Assembly (NCBI GenBank): GCA_963769935.1
Contig: CAVYNY010000010.1
Span: forward strand, 576,001-640,000
Length of the DNA: 64,000 nucleotides
From: an uncultured delta proteobacterium
Lineage (GTDB): Bacteria; Desulfobacterota; Desulfobacteria; Desulfobacterales; JAFDCJ01
Direction of reading: 5' to 3'
In this document: positions 34,121 through 43,415 of the stretch, piece after piece
How the letters are laid out: each line of letters starts with the position of its first letter
Position numbering within the stretch: position 1 is the first letter of the stretch
Program-made: the position numbers and the translations under genes
Notes under the pieces: generated by a model
Told to the model about the DNA's origin: nothing
The model's database searches: none
Seen by the model: only the letters and a program-made list of their open reading frames with translations

Positions 34121-34278
34121 AGGGTTCACGAGAAAATAAGTTCACAATTTTAGGCGTTGCGGCGCCCGTCCGGCAAGGCGCGAAGACGCAGGAATATCTG
34201 GATATTCCGAGCTTTCGCAACGCAGCCAGGCGGGATGCAGCGGCGTATGAAATATGAAGTTATTTTTGAGTGAGCCCT
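34121..34278. mobile_element. MITE-like element with imperfect ~29-bp terminal inverted repeats
   Basis: Left end agggttcacgagaaaataagttcacaattt; reverse complement of right end agggctcactcaaaaataacttcatattt; no coding capacity. Confidence 0.65.
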
Positions 34279-34314
34279 TCGTGTTATTCAATGAGTCTCG
34301 GTTATGATTTGAGC

Positions 34315-35457
34315 TTAGAAGTGATCTTTTTTAATCCCCGGCAGACCCTCCCCCCTTTGGATGCCCCTGATCCAATCCCAGGCGCTTGTCTGCCAGTCAT
34401 CCCTCCGGCCGGAATCGGAGATCCACGGGGGAAGTGTAAGATCCAGATACCGGGAGAGAGAATAGACGTAGGGTTCATACAAGAGGCGTAGTTCCCTGAG
34501 TTTTTTGTTCACCTCCTCACCGCTCAGAAGATCCACGTTTTCGGCTGCCAGAGCCACGCGCAGGTGCAGCAAATCATCATCAGAAAGCCGATCCTGCTCG
34601 GGCATATGCGGCGGGGTCTTAAAAATGAGGGCGAGGTCCACAACCGCATGCCGCGCCATGGCGAACGTCAACTGGGCTTGATGTTCGCAGGCCCCCTTCA
34701 GACCCGTAATGATAAGGGCGCTCACATCGAGAATGGCGGTAAGGGCCGAAAGCCAGGATTGGTTGTCATGCTGGGAGCGGTAGAAGGCCAGCACCGGGAA
34801 TGAGAGATGACTCTCCAACAACTCGGCCGACCACCGTTCCCAATCATAAAGCAATTGACGGAGGGCCTCCATCCCGAAGTCGTGGGAATGCCGGTACATG
34901 ATCTCAAAGGCCGTCGGAGGAGAACCTGCGCGCGCATCCAGGAGTGATATATTCACCTCCCGGTTGGAAAAAGATTGGTTGAGCGATGGCAGGTGCCCGA
35001 TCAAGACTGCGAGAAAGCCGAAACCCATCCCGGCTTCAATGACGGTAAGTGCCCTGGCGAAGGTATTGGCCGGAAGGACATCTCCCAGTCCGAGCGTAAA
35101 AAAGGTGGTACCGCTCATGTAGAGGGCTTCCCCAAAACCCAAGTGGCCCCCGGTTGCACTCAGTTCCCTTCCCCACGACAAGTAGAGGAGAGAGAATCCC
35201 GCCACGAGACTTGCGGCCCAGGTGCTCAGCAGCAAAAGCAGCGTCAGGGGGCCGAAAATACTACGATAAGCCGCCCGCCCCCTGTCCGAGGGGATGGCTT
35301 TCAGCAGAAGGGACCATAAGTGCCACATCGACCGATTAAAGAAACGCGCGAAACGGAAGCGGCGGGTTATCCGGCGAGGGAGGACCATCGTCTCGAAGCC
35401 GTCCCAAAGAACGGCCAGGATAATGGATATGCCGGCTATGCTCAGAAAGATGGGCAC
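34315..35457 (-). CDS. Potassium-channel-family (Ion_trans_2-like) membrane protein
   Basis: Pore-like LYMSGTTFFTLGLGDV between TM helices. Confidence 0.75.
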   Translation of the reverse strand: MPIFLSIAGISIILAVLWDGFETMVLPRRITRRFRFARFFNRSMWHLWSLLLKAIPSDRGRAAYRSIFGPLTLLLLLSTWAASLVAGFSLLYLSWGRELSATGGHLGFGEALYMSGTTFFTLGLGDVLPANTFARALTVIEAGMGFGFLAVLIGHLPSLNQSFSNREVNISLLDARAGSPPTAFEIMYRHSHDFGMEALRQLLYDWERWSAELLESHLSFPVLAFYRSQHDNQSWLSALTAILDVSALIITGLKGACEHQAQLTFAMARHAVVDLALIFKTPPHMPEQDRLSDDDLLHLRVALAAENVDLLSGEEVNKKLRELRLLYEPYVYSLSRYLDLTLPPWISDSGRRDDWQTSAWDWIRGIQRGEGLPGIKKDHF

Positions 35458-35469
35458 AAGGCCTCCTGA

Positions 35470-35550
35470 TTATTCCACTAAAGTTACAGGCGCATCGGCG
35501 GGTCCTTCAGCGTGGTCATGCGCTGAAACGGGCTGGGTGAGCGTGGCCAT
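35470..35550 (-). pseudogene. DsbA/thioredoxin-family protein, N-terminal stub
   Basis: AGGAGG RBS, then MATLTQPVSAHDHAEGPADAPVTLVE*. It stops just before the expected YGDYxCxxC. Confidence 0.65.
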
Positions 35551-35606
35551 CTATTACCTCCTGACTACGACATCGAACTAATTTCGATTCCGAATGATTC
35601 TAAAGT

Positions 35607-37011
35607 CTACCGACGGGTCGCCTTTGCAGGCACGTTTGCCAAGAGCGCAGCCAGCCCCTCGGCGACTGTGGGATGGGTGAAAATCCCCTCGCCTAACGTT
35701 GTATATGGCAAGTGTCCAATCATGGCCGTCTGGACAATCCCCATCAGTTCGCTTCCCTCGACCCCGAATGCGGCGAAACCCAAAATTTCGTCACTCTGGA
35801 CGCCGATGAGCATTTTCAAGAACCCGCGCGGTTCAGAGAGAGTCCTGGTCTTCAGGATGTCGGCCATACGGCATCTTAACGAGGCGGTAGCCAATGCCGC
35901 GATTCTTGGCCTCGGCTTCGTTCAATCCAACCCGTGCCAGCAGCGGATCGGTAAACATACAGAAAGGAACCAAGCGGTTTCTTGTAGTGCGGTTGCCTCC
36001 GTTAAGGTTGGTGTGTACAATCCGGAAATCGTCGAAAGAGACATGGGTAAACTTCGGGCTGCCGGCACATTCGCCCATGGCCCAAACCTTCGGGGCAGTT
36101 GTCTCCAGACGCTCATTGACTTTGATATAGCCTTGCTCGTTCAGCCCCACTGAGGCCTGCTCGAGCCCGATGCCCTGAGTGTTTGGCGTCCGGCCGAGTG
36201 CGACGAGAAGGTCCGTTCCTTCGATGACCGATTCGGTCTTCGTGCTTTGGGTGTAGACCCGGACATGTCGACCGGAGTGTCCCTCGACTCGGCCGACACA
36301 AGTTTCGAGCATTACGTCGATTCCCTCGTGATGAAATAACTCCAAGAGGGCGCTTCCAACGTCAGGATCCTCTTGGCTGGCGAGTTGTGGGCCTCTCTCA
36401 ATCACAGTTACTCGGGATCCGAAACGCCGCATGGCCTGGGCAAGTTCGAGGCTGACAAAGCCGCCGCCGAAGACAATGAGATGTTCTGGCAGGCGGTCGA
36501 GATCGAGAGCTTCAACGTGGGTCATGGCCCGGGCCGCCGCAAGTCCGGGCCAATCAGGCAAAGCCGCACGGGTTCCTAAGTCCAGGAAGACCCGCTCGCC
36601 GGTGATCCGTCTAACGCCTCCGCTGTTTAAGCGGATTTCAACGGTTCTCGGAGCAATAAAACAGGCCTCCCCCAGGATCAGTTCCGCGCCGCTCGCTTTG
36701 TAGTGGTCCAGATGCAATCGAATCAGTCCATCGACCATGAGGCGCTTGCGGCGCTGGACCCCCTTCATGTTCACAGCCATGGGGCCGGTTTCAAGTCCAA
36801 ATTCCTCGCCGCGCCTGGCCAAAGAGGTTACCTTGGCGGAATAGATTACATTCTTACTCGGCAGGCAGGCAATGTTAGGGCAGGACCCCCCGATCAGCTT
36901 TCGCTCAACCACCGCCGTCCGCCGGCCTGCCTTCGCCATTGTCCAAGCCAGGTATTTACCCGCTTCCCCGCTGCCGATAATAAGGATATCGTAGTTTTCG
37001 ATCTCAGGCAT
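35607..37011 (-). pseudogene. Pyridine nucleotide-disulfide oxidoreductase (MerA/RclA-like), frameshifted near 35869
   Basis: GSGEAG and GGSCPNIACLPSK. The dimerisation domain (MADILKTRT..GFLKM..IFTHPT) continues in another frame after ccg-tatg-gcc. Confidence 0.82.
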
Positions 37012-37201
37012 CTCCCCCCTTCTTTCTCGCTGCCTCCGGTAAGCAAGCCACCAGAACTACCGAAGGCAATAATTGAGCACAAATCAAACAGCCACAGAAG
37101 CCCATGATCCGGGTCGCCAAGCAGGCCATCCACCCAGACACCGTTCTGGTGCATCCCGATCCAAGGTATCCGGCATCACAATCCGTCTCTGCCGCCGGAG
37201 C

Positions 37202-38215
37202 TCACATGGTCAGGACGACGCGGAATTCTGCTTTCCCGCTTAGCATGCGGGCATAGGCTTCAGCGGCTTGCGCGAGCGGGTACTTCTCGATCATCGGGCG
37301 AACGCCGGTCATTTCCGCGAAGCGCAGCGTATCTTCCGAGTCGGTTGGGATCCCAGCCGCCCAGCCCTGGATTCGCTTCTTGCCCGCAATCAAGTTAATG
37401 GGCGGCACTTCGATGGGGTCCATCGAAACTCCCACAACCAGCAGTGTGCCATTCGCCCCCAGGCCGCCGATGATCCCGGACATCAATTTCCCACTGGGCG
37501 CGGTAGCAAGAATCGCGCGCGCGCCTCCGAGCTTCTGAAGTTCGACTGCGGCATCCGTGGCAGCGCTGTCGATATAGACATCCGCGCCAAGCTTTTTTGC
37601 GAGGACAGCGTTGTGCGCCCCACGGCTTATTGCCGCGACGCGATAGCCAAATTTCTTTGCAAACTGAATTCCCAAGTGGCCAAGTCCGCCAATCCCCTGG
37701 ATGGCGACAAGATCACTTGGCAGTGCACCGCTGTGACGGAGAGCATTGAATGTGGTAATTCCGGCGCACATCAACGGCGCGGCTTCGGCGGCATCGAGCG
37801 ATTCGGGCATGCGGGCCAACGCTTCGACCGGCGCGACCATGTATTCCTGATAGCCCCCGTCATAGCTGACTCCGCAAACCTTCCCGTTCGCGCAGTTCAC
37901 GAAATCGCCCCTCCTGCACGCGGGACAAATCCCGTCGTGGCCGCCGTGCCAGCCTACGCCGACGCGTTCGCCCTTCTTCCAGTCCTTCACACCGGCTCCG
38001 ACCTCGTCGATCACACCGGCCACTTCGTGTCCGGGCACGCGCGGATACGACATGCCGGGAAAGACGCCTTCCTTGGTGATAACATCACTGTGACAAACTC
38101 CACATGCTTGAACGCGAATCCTCACGTGTCCCGAACCGGGCTCCGGGATTTCACGTTCCACGACTTCGAAGTTTGCTCCTGCCTTCGGTACTTGTACGAC
38201 TTTCATTTTTGCCAT
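37202..38215 (-). CDS. Zn-dependent alcohol dehydrogenase
   Basis: CHSD, GHE, APLMCAGIT, GIGGLG. Confidence 0.93.
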   Translation of the reverse strand: MAKMKVVQVPKAGANFEVVEREIPEPGSGHVRIRVQACGVCHSDVITKEGVFPGMSYPRVPGHEVAGVIDEVGAGVKDWKKGERVGVGWHGGHDGICPACRRGDFVNCANGKVCGVSYDGGYQEYMVAPVEALARMPESLDAAEAAPLMCAGITTFNALRHSGALPSDLVAIQGIGGLGHLGIQFAKKFGYRVAAISRGAHNAVLAKKLGADVYIDSAATDAAVELQKLGGARAILATAPSGKLMSGIIGGLGANGTLLVVGVSMDPIEVPPINLIAGKKRIQGWAAGIPTDSEDTLRFAEMTGVRPMIEKYPLAQAAEAYARMLSGKAEFRVVLTM

Positions 38216-38447
38216 TTTTTAGTCCCTCCTTTTTCGTTGGATGCCGATTCCAGGCAAATGCAGCTGACGCTGGCAAGACATCAGACTTTTAAAGCCTCGC
38301 CCCGCCGTCAAAGACCGACCACACATCATAAGGTATCAGAATAACAGATATCGCCCGGAGTCGGATGCAACAGCCAATCGAAAGCTGCGTGCTCGTCCAC
38401 GCCGGGCGCTGCGCTGCGGTGGGTCCCTGTGCATCACGAAGCCTCTC

Positions 38448-38936
38448 TTACCTCACCACCTCGAAAATAATTTCCAGCTCAACCGGGGTGCCGAGCGGAA
38501 GGCTTGCGACGCCATACACCAAGCGGCAAGGGTTCTTGTCTTTTCCGAAGACGTCTTGCAGCAACTCCGAAGCGCCGTCAGCGACTTTCGGCTGATCGCG
38601 CACATCTCCCGCAGTGGCCACCGACACGCCGAGCCGGACGATCCGCGTCACTTTGTCGAGCGATCCCAAATGCTGTCGCGCGACAGCGAGGGCGTTGAGC
38701 GTAGCGAGGTGAGCCGCCTTGCGGCCGGCTTCCACATCGAGCTCCGCGCCGACGCGCCCAATGAATTTCGCCTCGCGGCCTTCCGTGGGAAGCATCCCGG
38801 TCAGAAAAAGCAGATTGCCCGTCTGCACCGCTTCCGCATAGATGCCGAACGGCTCAGGCGGCGCCGGCAGCTTGATGCCAAGTTCTTTCAACCGCTGCTC
38901 GGCATTGGCCGGCCGAGAAGCTTCGCGGGTTACCAT
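38448..38936 (-). CDS. RidA/YjgF family protein
   Basis: LKELGIKLP, GNLLFLTG, VADGASELL, GVASLPLGTPVE. Confidence 0.88.
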   Translation of the reverse strand: MVTREASRPANAEQRLKELGIKLPAPPEPFGIYAEAVQTGNLLFLTGMLPTEGREAKFIGRVGAELDVEAGRKAAHLATLNALAVARQHLGSLDKVTRIVRLGVSVATAGDVRDQPKVADGASELLQDVFGKDKNPCRLVYGVASLPLGTPVELEIIFEVVR

Positions 38937-39659
38937 TTGCCAACGTGCGCACCGCCGTCCACGTGCAGCACCTCCCCGGTCACCTGACCGGCTTCCGTTA
39001 GATAAACGATCGCTTCCACGATGTCTTTCACATTAGAAATCTGTCCCATCGGTTGCAGCGTCTTGAGAAGATCCTTCGGATCATCCTTGTGCATGGGCGT
39101 ATCGACAATGCCCGGCGCGACGGCGTTGACGCGTATGCCCTGTCTCGCGTATTCCATTGCCAGGCTCCGCGTCACGGCCGCAAGGCCGCCTTTCGTGATC
39201 ATCGGAACCGCAGCAGTTTATTCCGGCGATCGGGTGATCCACCAGCGTCGTCGTGATATTGACGATGCTTCCGCCGGTCTTCTGAGCCAACATCTGCTTG
39301 ATTGCAAGCTGGCTGATGAAGAGAAAACCTTCGATGTTCACGGAAACGAGAGACCGCAGATCGTCGACCGTGTATTCCGTGAAGGCCTTCGAGAAATATA
39401 TGCCGGCGTTGTTGACGAGCGCGTCGATCGATCTGAATTTGCTCTTGGCGACTTCGGCGATCTTCGCCGCCGTTGCGGCTTCGGCGATGCTGCCGTCGAC
39501 CAGCGCGAGTTTATCCGACGCCTCGAAAGCGCCCGACCTGGTGATGTTTCGCGAATTCGCCACCACGTTGTAACCGCGATCCAGAAAGGTCTTTACAAGA
39601 CCTGCTCCGATACCTTGCGAGCCGCCGGTCACGATCACTGTTTTCTGTGTATTTGCCAT
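38930..39659 (-). pseudogene. SDR oxidoreductase, frameshifted near 39216
   Basis: TGGSQGIG and NNAG in ORF 39081-39659; MITKGGL..IRVNAVAPG..VDGG in ORF 38930-39202. Confidence 0.85.
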
Positions 39660-39684
39660 TTCTATCCTCCGACGTCCGGGATAC

Positions 39685-40140
39685 TTACGGCTTATTCCCT
39701 ATGATCGCCCTTGCGACCGAAGCGGTGATTATCCCGTATGGTAAATTTAGCAGCAGCAGGTAGACTGTGAACATCGGACCGCCCTGCTGAAGCCCAAAAT
39801 ACCCCGCGCCCCTCATCGGCAGGAAGATTGTGTACAGCGCCAGCAGCGGCACGAGGAAGTATAGCAGACCGAAGAGGTACACCCGCTTCCAGGCGGTCTT
39901 TATAAAAAGTCCGAACAGGATACCCCACAGCCCGGCCCAGAACAGCGGCGTGTAAATACCCGGCGGGTTGAAGGATATGGGAACCTTTACCCCGAAGGTT
40001 GCGCTAAGCCCCAACTCAAACATGACGTGGCTGAAAAGGACCACGGCCAGTCCGCCTATAACCCCCGCCGCGAAACAGATTGCCAGTCGCTGGCTCAGGG
40101 TCAAGCCTTTTTCCAACACGTTCGAACCCTCGTTTGGCAT
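39685..40140 (-). CDS. Hypothetical membrane protein (~4 TM)
   Basis: GAGGAG RBS; hydrophobic helices. Confidence 0.7.
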   Translation of the reverse strand: MPNEGSNVLEKGLTLSQRLAICFAAGVIGGLAVVLFSHVMFELGLSATFGVKVPISFNPPGIYTPLFWAGLWGILFGLFIKTAWKRVYLFGLLYFLVPLLALYTIFLPMRGAGYFGLQQGGPMFTVYLLLLNLPYGIITASVARAIIGNKP

Positions 40141-40326
40141 ACGTTTCTCCTCAACGAACGTGGGATTATAGAATCTTCCTTTGAACTACTGAACCAAAAT
40201 GGATCTGCTCAGCCGGTCTTTAAATGGGGTGAAACATGTATTTTCACTAAAAACAGACAGTAGCTGCCAAATGCTTTACAAACAGCCTTCCGGTAATTGT
40301 CATATTAGACTTTTGTCTCTTAAAAT

Positions 40327-40428
40327 TATGAAACTTCATTAAATTCGATGCCATTTTTATGAAGTGCCTTACCGCTGAGAGCGCAGAGGGCGCGGAGATT
40401 AATTATAATTTTCTTTCTCGGCGTACTC
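40327..40428. repeat. Dispersed 102-bp repeat, copy 2, at the right boundary of the insert
   Basis: Near-identical to 18523-18624; the AKR frame resumes at its last base. Confidence 0.85.
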
Positions 40429-41018
40429 TGCGGGATGAGGTGGTGATTGTTTCCAAGATCGGCTAGCTGCAGGGACAGAACCTTGCCCTGAGCCGCGAAC
40501 GCAAGCAGCACGGACGCCCGTTCCCGGAACTGGTGGAGTACGCCGAAGGCCTGGAGCATTGCATCCATCACTGGTTGAACTTTGGCACCTATGAGCGCTG
40601 GCGCCAGGTCAAAACCGGCAATTTGCTGCCCCGCATCCCGGGGGTCATGGATTTTCTGGAACCGCACGCCAGACAGAATGCCGATGTATCGAAGTGGATG
40701 GTGTCCCATCGCCCAAAAATTGAAGACGCTTTTGAGGCCGTTGCTTCGATTTACGCCGAACAGGCCGCGCACAAGGTCGACCGGATTCGACGCGCAGTGG
40801 CCGCCGTCGATCGGGACTGGGCCGCCGAAGGAACCCTGAGCCAAAAAGCACTGCGGGCGCTGCGCTCCACGCCGGGCGTGTCCTGTGTCCTGGTGGGCAT
40901 GCGCCGTGAGGCCTATGTGTCCGATATCATCGCCGGGTTGCAGCACCCTGTCCAACAAGTCTCGCGGTTTGAATCATGGCTGAAACTGACTGAAGCACTG
41001 GCAAAAACTTTATATTAA
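40428..41018 (+). pseudogene. Aldo/keto reductase, remaining fragment with an internal stop and a probable deletion
   Basis: LRDEVVIVSKIG*LQGQNL..FPELVEYAEGLEHCIH (TAG at 40464), in frame with the C-terminal LSQKALRALRSTPGVSCVLVGMRREAYV. Confidence 0.72.
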
Positions 41019-42229
41019 CCGGCACTTTTTGTTGCACGGGCGCCATACAGGTGTGACAGTGGTACTGCGGACATTCCATGCAGGAAAATACTCAGTAAAA
41101 CCGTCAGCACGATGACTGATAGGATCCGTTCTTGCCCCGCCGGGCCAAGCTCATTAACCACCATCAGCAAGTACAACACGGAGGCAATCCCTCGCGGTCC
41201 GAACCAGCCGATAAGACCGATCGAGAGCCATCCCAATCGGGTTCCCATGAGACAGATGGCAACCGGCAGCATGCGAATGACGGTCAAACTCAAGATGGCA
41301 TAAAACCATGATTTAGCATCCCAATAACGCATCGCCGCCGGCACCACGGCCAGCCCGAAGATCAGGAAAACAAACAGTGCCAACTGCTGGCCTTCCGCCT
41401 CTCCGAATTCCTGGATGCGTTCACGAACTATCGGTGTGTGGGTGCCCAACATCAGCCCACCAAAAAAAGCAGCGATGAATCCGTTGCCATGGAAGGTTTC
41501 CGCCGAGGCAAAAGCCAGAATCGCCAGGGACCATGCGGCCAATCGTTGGAAAGTCGGGTTCATCCACCTGGTTTTGGATGCCTTGTCGACAAGTCGCCCT
41601 CCCAGCCATCCCACCAGGGCGCCCAGCAGGGGACCGAAAAGTAATTGCCGCAGGGTGAAAACGATCCAGTACTGAACGCTCAGCTTTTCCGCTGCGCTGG
41701 AGGAGAGAACAGCCATGCAAGCCAGGATGGGAGGCAATGCGATGCCGTCATTGAGCCCGCTTTCGACATTGATCGCTTCCTTTATGTTCTCCGGAACGGC
41801 AGGGCTTGTCATGACCGGCTGCCCCAATGCGGCATCTGTCGGCGATAGGATGAATGCCATCAGGGCCAGCGCCCACGGATTCACATCGCCGAAAAGCGGC
41901 AAGGCCGTTGCCAGCCCCATGCCCATGGTCAGCGGCAGTCCGATCAAAAGCAGTCGAAACGGCACCCCTTTTTCGCGGATCAACAAGTGCAGATTTATAG
42001 TGGACGCATCGATGAACAGCACGAGCACGAGGGTGACTTCCGCCAGGACTCTGACCAGCGGCGCATTGATCCCTTCTTTCAGGAAGCCGAGCCCGATCGG
42101 GCCGGCGACCATGCCGACCGTAACAAACACCATTGCCGCCGAAATCGGTGATTGCTCCGAAATGCGGGAAAACAGTCCGAATCCGAAGATCAGCAGGGCG
42201 GTAAAAATCAGGATTGGATAGTCATGCAT
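41015..42229 (-). CDS. Cation:proton antiporter (CPA1/NhaP-like)
   Basis: LSPTDAALG, NVESGLNDG, WFGPRGIAS. Confidence 0.92.
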   Translation of the reverse strand: MHDYPILIFTALLIFGFGLFSRISEQSPISAAMVFVTVGMVAGPIGLGFLKEGINAPLVRVLAEVTLVLVLFIDASTINLHLLIREKGVPFRLLLIGLPLTMGMGLATALPLFGDVNPWALALMAFILSPTDAALGQPVMTSPAVPENIKEAINVESGLNDGIALPPILACMAVLSSSAAEKLSVQYWIVFTLRQLLFGPLLGALVGWLGGRLVDKASKTRWMNPTFQRLAAWSLAILAFASAETFHGNGFIAAFFGGLMLGTHTPIVRERIQEFGEAEGQQLALFVFLIFGLAVVPAAMRYWDAKSWFYAILSLTVIRMLPVAICLMGTRLGWLSIGLIGWFGPRGIASVLYLLMVVNELGPAGQERILSVIVLTVLLSIFLHGMSAVPLSHLYGARATKSAG

Positions 42230-42407
42230 AAACAGGGCCTTTCAATATTGAAGCCGGCCGCCTGATTTGGTGGGGCTGTATTTTAAGGCGAAATAGATGA
42301 AGACGGCTGCGACAACGCTTCATAAAAATTTCTTTTTTTCTATCATGGTCTTTCCTTCCTTTCGTTTGAGTTAAAGGCAAAATCGCGGTTCACCACCGAA
42401 AAGACGG

Positions 42408-42884
42408 TTAGTCTTTCCCTTTCGCCCTCATCTCCGCCGCCCGCTTCATCTGCTCCGCTGTCAACTCCGGCGGCCCCGGCTTGAAGGTGACCTTGTTGAT
42501 CGTGCCGGTGAAGCGGAACGGCGGCTGGTAGTCGCAATCGTCGACGCCGGTGCGGGTGTCGTAGCCGACGTCCATCCACTCATCGACGGCCTCGAGGGCC
42601 GGCACCGTATGCGGGATCGTCTGCTTCGCGACTTCGCGGCCGTCCACCGTCAGCACGCCGGTGGGTTTAAAGGACCAAATCAGGGCCTGTATCCAGGGGA
42701 CAATCGCCAGAAACCCGACCCAGCCCATCAGCTTCACTGCATCCGCCTCCGGGTGCTTGCGGGCAATGGCAATCTCGCCCGGAAGCCCCAGAATGAGAAT
42801 CATTAACAAAACGAATGCAAATACGATGACGGCCAGGGCCGCGAAGGTGACGTAATCCCAAAAGCCGATCTTAATGCCGAGCAT
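42408..42884 (-). CDS. Chimeric ORF: DUF3302-like membrane protein fused to an arylsulfatase C-terminal tail
   Basis: LPGEIAIARKHPEADAV..WIQALIWSFKPT is joined at ~42660 to GVLTVDGREVA..DVGYDTRTGVDD.DYQPPFRFTGTINKVT. Confidence 0.65.
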   Translation of the reverse strand: MLGIKIGFWDYVTFAALAVIVFAFVLLMILILGLPGEIAIARKHPEADAVKLMGWVGFLAIVPWIQALIWSFKPTGVLTVDGREVAKQTIPHTVPALEAVDEWMDVGYDTRTGVDDCDYQPPFRFTGTINKVTFKPGPPELTAEQMKRAAEMRAKGKD

Positions 42885-43110
42885 GGCATGTTCTCCTTTC
42901 CTCCTACTCAGCGCCTCCATCTCCGGAGCCTCTGCCTGAAAGACCGGTTGGGAAGTTCCCAAGTACTGATAACCGCGTCTAATTTCATTTCCGGATCCAT
43001 CGTCTCATGACAGCCCTTCTCCAGAAAGGGCATCTCAAGCCTGCATCGTTCACCAATCACGCCGAGTATGCGAATGATCGGGGACTGTCGTTGAGATTCG
43101 ACTATCTCTT

Positions 43111-43302
43111 TCATTGGGCGAAGGAAAGCAGCGAATCGTCCAGCGTTAACACATAGATCAGGACCGCCGCCAGCATGAGGCCTACGACCACCCACAGCCG
43201 CCAGTCTTTGTGAAGTCTTCTCCAATAGGGCTTTTCGTGTTTCCTGTGTGTATGTTTCTGCGAGCCCGCATGGTTGTGAGGGTGTTCTGTCATGTTTGCC
43301 AT
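43111..43302 (-). CDS. Small His-rich single-TM protein
   Basis: GGAGG RBS; MANMTEHPHNH..LHKDWRLWVVVGLMLAAVLIYVLTLDDS. Confidence 0.65.
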   Translation of the reverse strand: MANMTEHPHNHAGSQKHTHRKHEKPYWRRLHKDWRLWVVVGLMLAAVLIYVLTLDDSLLSFAQ

Positions 43303-43415
43303 TTCACTGCGCCCTCCATTTTGAAAGTGTCTAAAGTGCACCCACCCACTGCGCTCCCTCGATGACCAAGGCTCTGAAGGTCGCGAAGTCCCGGAAGTTG
43401 AGTTGCGTGTAAGGC

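Noticed and set aside
35607..37011. Mercury resistance (merA)
   Set aside because: No C-terminal Cys-Cys pair, no NmerA domain and no mer transport or regulator genes.
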